DNA from: the human T2T-CHM13v2.0 reference genome, Homo sapiens
Length of the DNA stretch: 64,000 nucleotides
Assembly (NCBI RefSeq): GCF_009914755.1
Contig: NC_060935.1
Reading direction: 5' to 3' (one strand)
The position numbers were made by a program, and so were the translations under genes. This document shows, piece by piece, positions 56,921-64,000 of the stretch (position 1 is its first letter; every line of letters begins with the position of its first letter). The notes below the pieces were generated by a model, which ran no database searches, had not been told where the DNA came from, and saw only the letters and a list, made by a program, of their open reading frames with translations.

Positions 56921-57512
56921 GTCAAAAGGCACACTGAACGGTAGACGTGAGGCTTCCTACGTCTCTTATTTCACAGACTTTATGGAAAAGCAGGTTTGGA
57001 AATGAATGAACCCAGGATGAAAATTTAAGTCTCTATAAAATATTTTTCATCTACAAAGAAACAACTTTTTCCTCTACCAAAGTTATTTCAGATACATGTG
57101 TCTTCATTATGGTCATCTGGGTATTTGTAAGGAATACCACATCCCTTGCATTTCAGGTGTGTTGTGAATTAAAGATTACATTATTTTCCTTTTATCCTTA
57201 TCATCTCCAAACCTCCTACACAACAATTGCAAAAGAAGTAATACTGCAAACTCTCAAGTCTGTTGTGAGGATTAATTTACTTAGATTACATAAGATATTT
57301 AAAACAATAAAAGGTGCTTAATGTATAAAACCTATTATCATAGTTAACTTTTCTTTTAGTCTTATGGCTACATTGTGTAGTAAATATTGTATAATCTGCA
57401 TTGCATAGTCATACAAAAATGTCATCTTCACAGTACATTTCTAATAACCTGGAAAGCATTCTGTCATTTTCTTAATATTGGCATGATTCTTGGGTTTGGT
57501 TAAAAGGGATTA

Positions 57513-57794
<282 letters not shown>

Positions 57795-58647
57795 CTATAC
57801 TGAATCTGATTGCTAGGAAACAGTCCGTTGTGAAATATGTCTCAATGTTACACTTATTTGCAATATATTCAGCTTTACTCCATGCTCTGGCATTGTTCTA
57901 ATGAGATCAATGTATTGCCAAACTGAGTCACTGGTTCCTTCCCTTCTTCCAAAGAAAACAACGGCAATTCCAAGGAATTCTTTTCTTTGTTAGTTTTTAG
58001 CCTCCTATTTCATTTCTATTATAAATAGCATCAATTATCTGATGTGTAGCTGACAGAGAAGTTTGCCTCCCATGAATCATTTCATTCAGCTGATTCGGCA
58101 AAACATTTGACCATGAACGTGCATGCGTGTGTGTGTGCACAGACTCCAGTGCCTGAGTTTTCGTATAAACTAGATAAAGTCCATTTGTCTCCAGATTAAT
58201 GATAAACAAGATTAAGAACACAGTTTCTAAGTTTTGTTTCATTTGGGCCTTCTCGAGCTGCATTTAGCCGATACTAAGTTATAATGACCTTTGGAAAGTT
58301 CACAAGTTTCCAGGGGTCCAGGATAGTAATTAGCTCTTAATTGTAAAAACAAGTGCTGCTGAAGAACATAAGGTCATAGGAAAATCAGGAATCAGGACTT
58401 TGTACAGAAAAAAAAAAGTGAATAAAATAATGTTTATTCATTTATGAATCACTCAGTCATGATTTTCTTTTTATAATATCATCGAAAGAAATAAAATGCC
58501 TTGTGTTTAAATTTTCACTACGCTTGTATTTCAGCCTCATCAAGAGATACTACCCCTGATCTTTTCATTTCACTTTCCTCGGGTCTGCCTAAACTCAGTG
58601 TCTCTCCTAGAAAACCACCCAACTCATGAAAAACTGTTTGTAAGAAA

Positions 58648-58782
58648 ATGTTCTCAACACAAAGAAATAATAAAGGTTTGAGATGATAAATATGCTAATT
58701 ACCCTGATCTGATCACTATACATGATATGTATGAAAACATCACTATGTACCTTGTAAAATTATTATACGTCAATTAAAAAAA
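58648..58782 (+). mobile_element. L1MA 3' end fragment
   Basis: caacacaaagaaataataaaggtttgagatgataaatatgctaattaccctgatctgatcact. Confidence 0.8.
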
Positions 58783-59086
58783 GGGAAAATGTGTTGTGCT
58801 TAATTATAATAAGAAAATTTAAACAGATTGATGAGAATTCAAAGTTTTCACTGATGTGAATATTAGTTAACAGGAAAAAAGAACTCATAAAAACTGTTCC
58901 ATACTTGTTTTACCCCAAAATGTTAATCCATGCTGTTATAGATACCCTGTGAGACACACAAATGCTTTTCCAACTCATTGATTTCAAATCAAAGGGCAAA
59001 ATATACATTAGTAATGATGATATGCCAAAACGCTCCTTAATGTGAACATCAGTATTTACGTTTTAATGTCAGTTACAAAGATCCCT

Positions 59087-59407
<321 letters not shown>

Positions 59408-59473
59408 AAGCAGAGATTTGGGATCCTTTATATTCATGAATCTTTAATTCAGGAGTTCAAGATACCACAAACC

Positions 59474-59775
59474 GGCCGAGTGTGGTGGCTCATGCCGGTA
59501 ATCCCAGCACTTTGGAAGGCCAATGCAGGTGGATCACTAGAGCCCTGGAGTTAGCCTGGGCAACATGGGGAAACCCCCCGTCCCTACAAAAAACTACAAA
59601 AGTTAGCCAGGCGTGATGGCATACGCCTGTAGTCCCGGCTACTCAGGAGGCTGGGAGGACGGCTTGAGTCCAGAAGGTGGAGGTTATAGTAAGCCGTGAA
59701 CATGCCACTGCACTCCAGCACGTGCAACAGAGCAAGACCCTCTCCTCTTCCTCTCTCACAAAAAAAAAAAAAGAA
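59474..59775 (+). mobile_element. AluJ
   Basis: Diverged dimer with ggaggacggcttgagtcc and gagcaagaccct. Confidence 0.88.
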
Positions 59776-60129
59776 ATCACAGAACTATATTACTGCATAT
59801 TTGTTTGTGTACAATTTACTTTTAATGTGACAACTTCTAGTTTCCCAATAAACTGAAATCCTACACTGAAAAAATAAATCCAGTAACTCACAATTATGTG
59901 TTTTGGCTGGCCAAGCATGTTTATCATTTTAAAATAAAATACAGTGTTGCAAAAACAGTTGTAGTAGCTTGGCAATTGTGTTTCAGTACTGTAATGCATG
60001 GGTATCAGAAGAGATTGGGCAGATTTCAGCACATTAAGTTACATTTTATTATAGTTCATTACATTTAAGAAAAAATTAACTGAAAATGCCATTTTTCTTG
60101 TTATCAGCATGGAAAGGCCTCAGTATAAT

Positions 60130-60390
60130 AAGTACCATGAATTGATTTATTGAGCACTTACCATGTGCCAGTCAATTGACACTGTTGTCACGTAGTCTTT
60201 TAACATGCCTGTGGAGTAGACAGATTATTTTTATTTACATTTATAGATGAAAGTGAGTTTTGGAGAGGTAAGGTAACTGTACTCAAGTTAAAAAAGAAGA
60301 AAAAAGGTAGTAAGTATAGTAAGTAGAGGTTCTGAGAATGAAACCCAGCTGCATATGATTCCTTAGACTATGATAACTTCTCTGCTATTG
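60130..60390 (-). mobile_element. MIR
   Basis: atttattgagcacttaccatgtgccag...attttatagatgaaagtgag...aggtaaggtaact. Confidence 0.7.
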
Positions 60391-61895
60391 TCATTTGCAC
60401 AAGCTGGCTAAAAATAAACAAATAAAAGGAGCAAAACTAAAACAAAGAGATCCCATGCACACAAGATGTGCACATAGACTCCTATACCTAAGGAATCATC
60501 ATACACTAAAAGCTCATATGTTTCCAGGTATTTTTCCTGAAGAGTTGATGGAAATGTATCCTTTGAAGGGTATAATGTGCCACCAATCCTTACCATTCTC
60601 CTCCCTCCCATTGCTCTAGTGTCTTGTGTTTTGAGGTGAGTATCCTGAACCAGACCTCTGAGTAGCTGAGTCTGTAGGTAAAACACACATTCATATCATG
60701 GACCCTAAGGAGGCTGTGTGCAAATGTACCCTTTCATTTACACGCTAGATCAAAGGCTGTAAACATCATTCCTGAAGACGCATGTGATCATCTTAGCAAT
60801 GCTGACGTGTACAAATGTGGATGAAGATCAAATTTGCTTAGAGTTGTCTTTCTTTAGCTATTTCTCTTTTAAAACCTATGCTTGGAGTTTTAAAAGAGTT
60901 CAAAGCAAAAGTTAAACAATTTTATACCAGCTCTCATCCAAGATAAGACCAGTAGCATCACCAACACAATCAAAATGGTCCCAAGCAATGTTCCATTTGA
61001 GAATTCTTTTACCACAAACTTTTAACCCTCATGTACTTCAGAGGAAAACATTTTGTTTATGCTTATTTCAGCAAACGTTACTGAGTAAAACTGATGGGCT
61101 CTTTAAGTTGTTTCACAAGGTTTGATTTTAAATCAAGATGCTATAAATTAAGAAGGCTTTTAAAAATTCAACTTTCTAAAGATGTCAAATTTTACTGGGT
61201 ATGTTTAAAATCAAAGGAAATGTTCTAAATAATATTTCAACTTGCAAAAGATGTTCAACTAAAAACCTGATGGAAAATAGCCAAGCATGGACAGCTTTAC
61301 AGTAGAGGGGAGATGAGGCAGGGCTTGTCAGGACTAAATGAGCTATGAAAATCATTCCAATGTGGGTTCCAATAATGGCTGCACAATTGCCTTCTATGAG
61401 ACCTCTGCTCTTCATTGACTCAGAGGTCAACTTTTAAGAATGTATAGAAGATTAAATTGAGATAAGATATGTAAAATGCCTGGCACATCGATCACATGGA
61501 TGTATAAATTAAATGTACTACTATGACCAATTAGAGTTCTAGACCAATAGAAAGTGTGATACTAAAACATACAAATTGGAGGGTAGCACATAAGAGTTCA
61601 GCTGCTGCTTTCGACAGTTTTTAGCATGCTGCTCAGGAGGTCATCCTTGCAGCAGACTCATCACACATAAAAATCAACAATTCCAATTGGGAGAAAACTG
61701 ACCCCACTCTCACCCCTCCAAGAGAAGGGTGATGGTTGTACCCTGGAAGGTGTCTGGTCACAGATGGAGAAATTTCTCTTAAAGTCTAGCTCATTTTTAT
61801 CACATTGGATCCTAGAATGGAAATGGATATTCTTGTGGATAAGCACATTGATGCTAGGTCTGCACTGCCAAAATTCTAATCATGGCTGCCTTCCT

Positions 61896-62820
61896 CAGAT
61901 CCAGCTATATAATTTATAGGGCCCAATTCCAAATGAAAATGCAGGGTCTCTTGTCCAAAAATCAGGGGTAAAGTGTCATTATGAGAAAAAAATTAAAATT
62001 GTAAATTATTAGCACAAATGTTACCATTCATCTTTACATTGTGCATACCAGTTTAAATGCAAATCTAAGACCATTCAACTTGTGTGCAGAATTACTTAAA
62101 TTACACAATTTGTCTTCCACAATTCAGATATTCATATGTGTTTTGTTTCTTTCCAGAACAGTGGAAACTGCACTTAACTAACTCAACTGTACTTCTCGAT
62201 ATGTGCACATTCTACCAACACTCTCTATCTTTGGCTTGCTGATAAGTAAGGAAGGACGAAAAGAAAAAGGAATTATGGCTTGCCCCATCTTTCCCTTTCC
62301 TTCTATGTCATCATTACAAGCATAAGTAGTTGGCTACTACAGGGAAGTAACATGAGTAAGCAGGGATGTGATAAAGTGCCTGGGCATTCATGTCTCTTAG
62401 AGACATGCCACTGCCTTCTGTGTCCAGTGCAAGTTCTGGTTTGAATAGAAAGCGAGACCTCGTAGGGCTGCAGTGCCCATGCTTAGTCATAGATACGACA
62501 TGCTTACTTTGTGCTTGCTTTGAGTCTCTCTGCACTCTCATGCATTGGGGATCCACTGGAGTTCTGTGTTCAAGGAACATCATCAACACTACATGTGGAT
62601 GGAGCAATAAAAAACAGCGGACATCCACATTGCCCATACTTCCTCTGCTCACACGCACATTCTTGTCACATTGAGCTTCAATTATAAAACACAAATTCAA
62701 AGATAAAATTATTATGACTTCCAGGACAGTAACAGCGGAGCATTAGACCAAACATGCAACCCTTCTGAGAATGGGGCCCTGTGTGATTGGACAGGCTAAA
62801 CACCCATAAAGTCAGCCCTG
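61896..62820 (-). mobile_element. MER45B/C-like hAT-Tip100 DNA transposon, splitting a MIR
   Basis: Minus strand starts cagggctgactttatggg...cacagggccccattctcagaaggg; other end cagatccagctatataatttatagggccc; 925 bp. Confidence 0.8.
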
Positions 62821-63015
62821 TGCTTACTAATTGTGGGAGCTCAGGTATATTTCTAAACCTCTCTGTATCTCAGTTTCTTCTTCTGTAAATTAGGAAAATG
62901 ATCTTACCTATCCTATCTTATAAATTTGTTGTGAAAACAAGTTTACTAATGTGTAAAGTGCTTGAAATAGTGCCTGGCATATAGCACAATATAATTAATA
63001 GCTATTATTGTTATT
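62821..63015 (+). mobile_element. MIR (3' part)
   Basis: aacctctctgtatctcagtttcttcttctgtaaa...gtaaagtgcttgaaatagtgcctggcatatag. Confidence 0.8.
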
Positions 63016-63162
63016 GTATGATCATCATCATAATTTTTTTTAGTGGGGTAGGATCTAAAATTATGTCCTTAAAATGGTATTCAAGAATAATCCTTGAATT
63101 TTATATATCTGTACCATCCTTGTCCTGAAATTATCACAAGGTTTAAAAATTATGTTATAGTA

Positions 63163-63393
63163 CAGTTTCTCTACATTAGCATGATTTACATTTCTGGCCA
63201 GATAATTAGTTCATTTTTGTGGGGTGTTATCTTGTAGATTATAAAATATTTGGCAGCAAGCCTGACCTATATCCATGAAAAGATAGTAGTACTCTCTCCC
63301 CAGTTGTGACAACCAAAAATGTCTTTGGACATTGCCAAACTTGGGGGGGCAAAATCCTCCTCTCCAATCCCACTCTCCCATTGAGAACCACTG
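63163..63393 (-). mobile_element. MER20 hAT-Charlie MITE
   Basis: ccagttgtgacaaccaaaaatgtctttggacattgccaaa...ttgagaaccactg. Confidence 0.88.
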
Positions 63394-64000
63394 CTTTGTC
63401 ATTATATAGTATCCATCTGTCCAAGAACATTTAAGCTGTCTTGCCAAACAAGTACATCAAGGGCCAAATACCACCACCACCCACAAGCAGCACTCTCAAA
63501 CTCTAACATAGCAGGACCCCAAAATGACATTCTCCTTAGGTTAACCACAGTCCTATAGCAATCTGCCTTTTCTTCTCACTTACTGAGCAGGGGGGTTCAA
63601 GCTGTTTAAAAAAAAAAAAGTGGAAAGGTTCATTCAAGTCTGGGAACTGTCAAATCTCTGATAAGCCGGTCCAAAGAGACAGAAGTGAATTAGTTCTTGC
63701 TCCCAGGATGGGAAGCCCTAGGAGGTATTATTGTCTAGACGATGCTCCAGCCCCGCTCCCTCCTCCCCCACTGCCGAGGACCTTGGCATGCCTCGGCTCA
63801 GACAGAGCCCTTATGGAAAGTAACATGAGGATTGTGCTGACTCCAGTGAGTTTGATTTATCAGGACTACTGGCATTTGCAAAAGCAAGTGGTCTGTTTGG
63901 ATGAGATGTTTCCCAGGCAAAATGAAGAAAAAAATCTGGCCGGATTCTCACTGCTCTTGGAACTTCTGAATGTCATTGATGCTTCTCAGCAGAGCGAAAA

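Noticed and set aside
63772-63797. gccgagg...cctcggc inverted repeat
   Set aside because: 7-bp arms are within chance expectation

Overview
Primate genomic DNA, most likely human or another ape (AluY/AluS/AluJ, L1PA, THE1 and LTR12/ERV9 LTRs are all present). The window is AT-rich, CpG-depleted and dominated by interspersed repeats. I find no supportable protein-coding gene, tRNA/rRNA or CRISPR array, and I cannot name the locus. The longer ORFs in the track come from Alu, L1, LTR or microsatellite sequence; the rest are short with no recognisable product. The main landmarks are two solo LTR12 (ERV9) elements pointing away from each other (31435-33094 minus, 54165-55604 plus), a twin-primed 5'-inverted L1PA with a nested AluSc (40153-41817), and many MaLR/ERVL LTRs, several with readable target-site duplications (TSDs). 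The most unusual structure is an Alu at 51084 whose TSD encloses ~60 bp of non-Alu sequence plus a second A-tail; 20 bp of that extra sequence recurs exactly 1.6 kb downstream. Other observations are perfect hairpins/palindromes (14746, 7480, 12587), motif clusters (AP-1, D-box) and candidate non-coding exons. I see no convincing new biological system. Repeat family names were recognised from memory of consensus sequences, not from a RepeatMasker/Dfam run. Boundaries of old elements are approximate.
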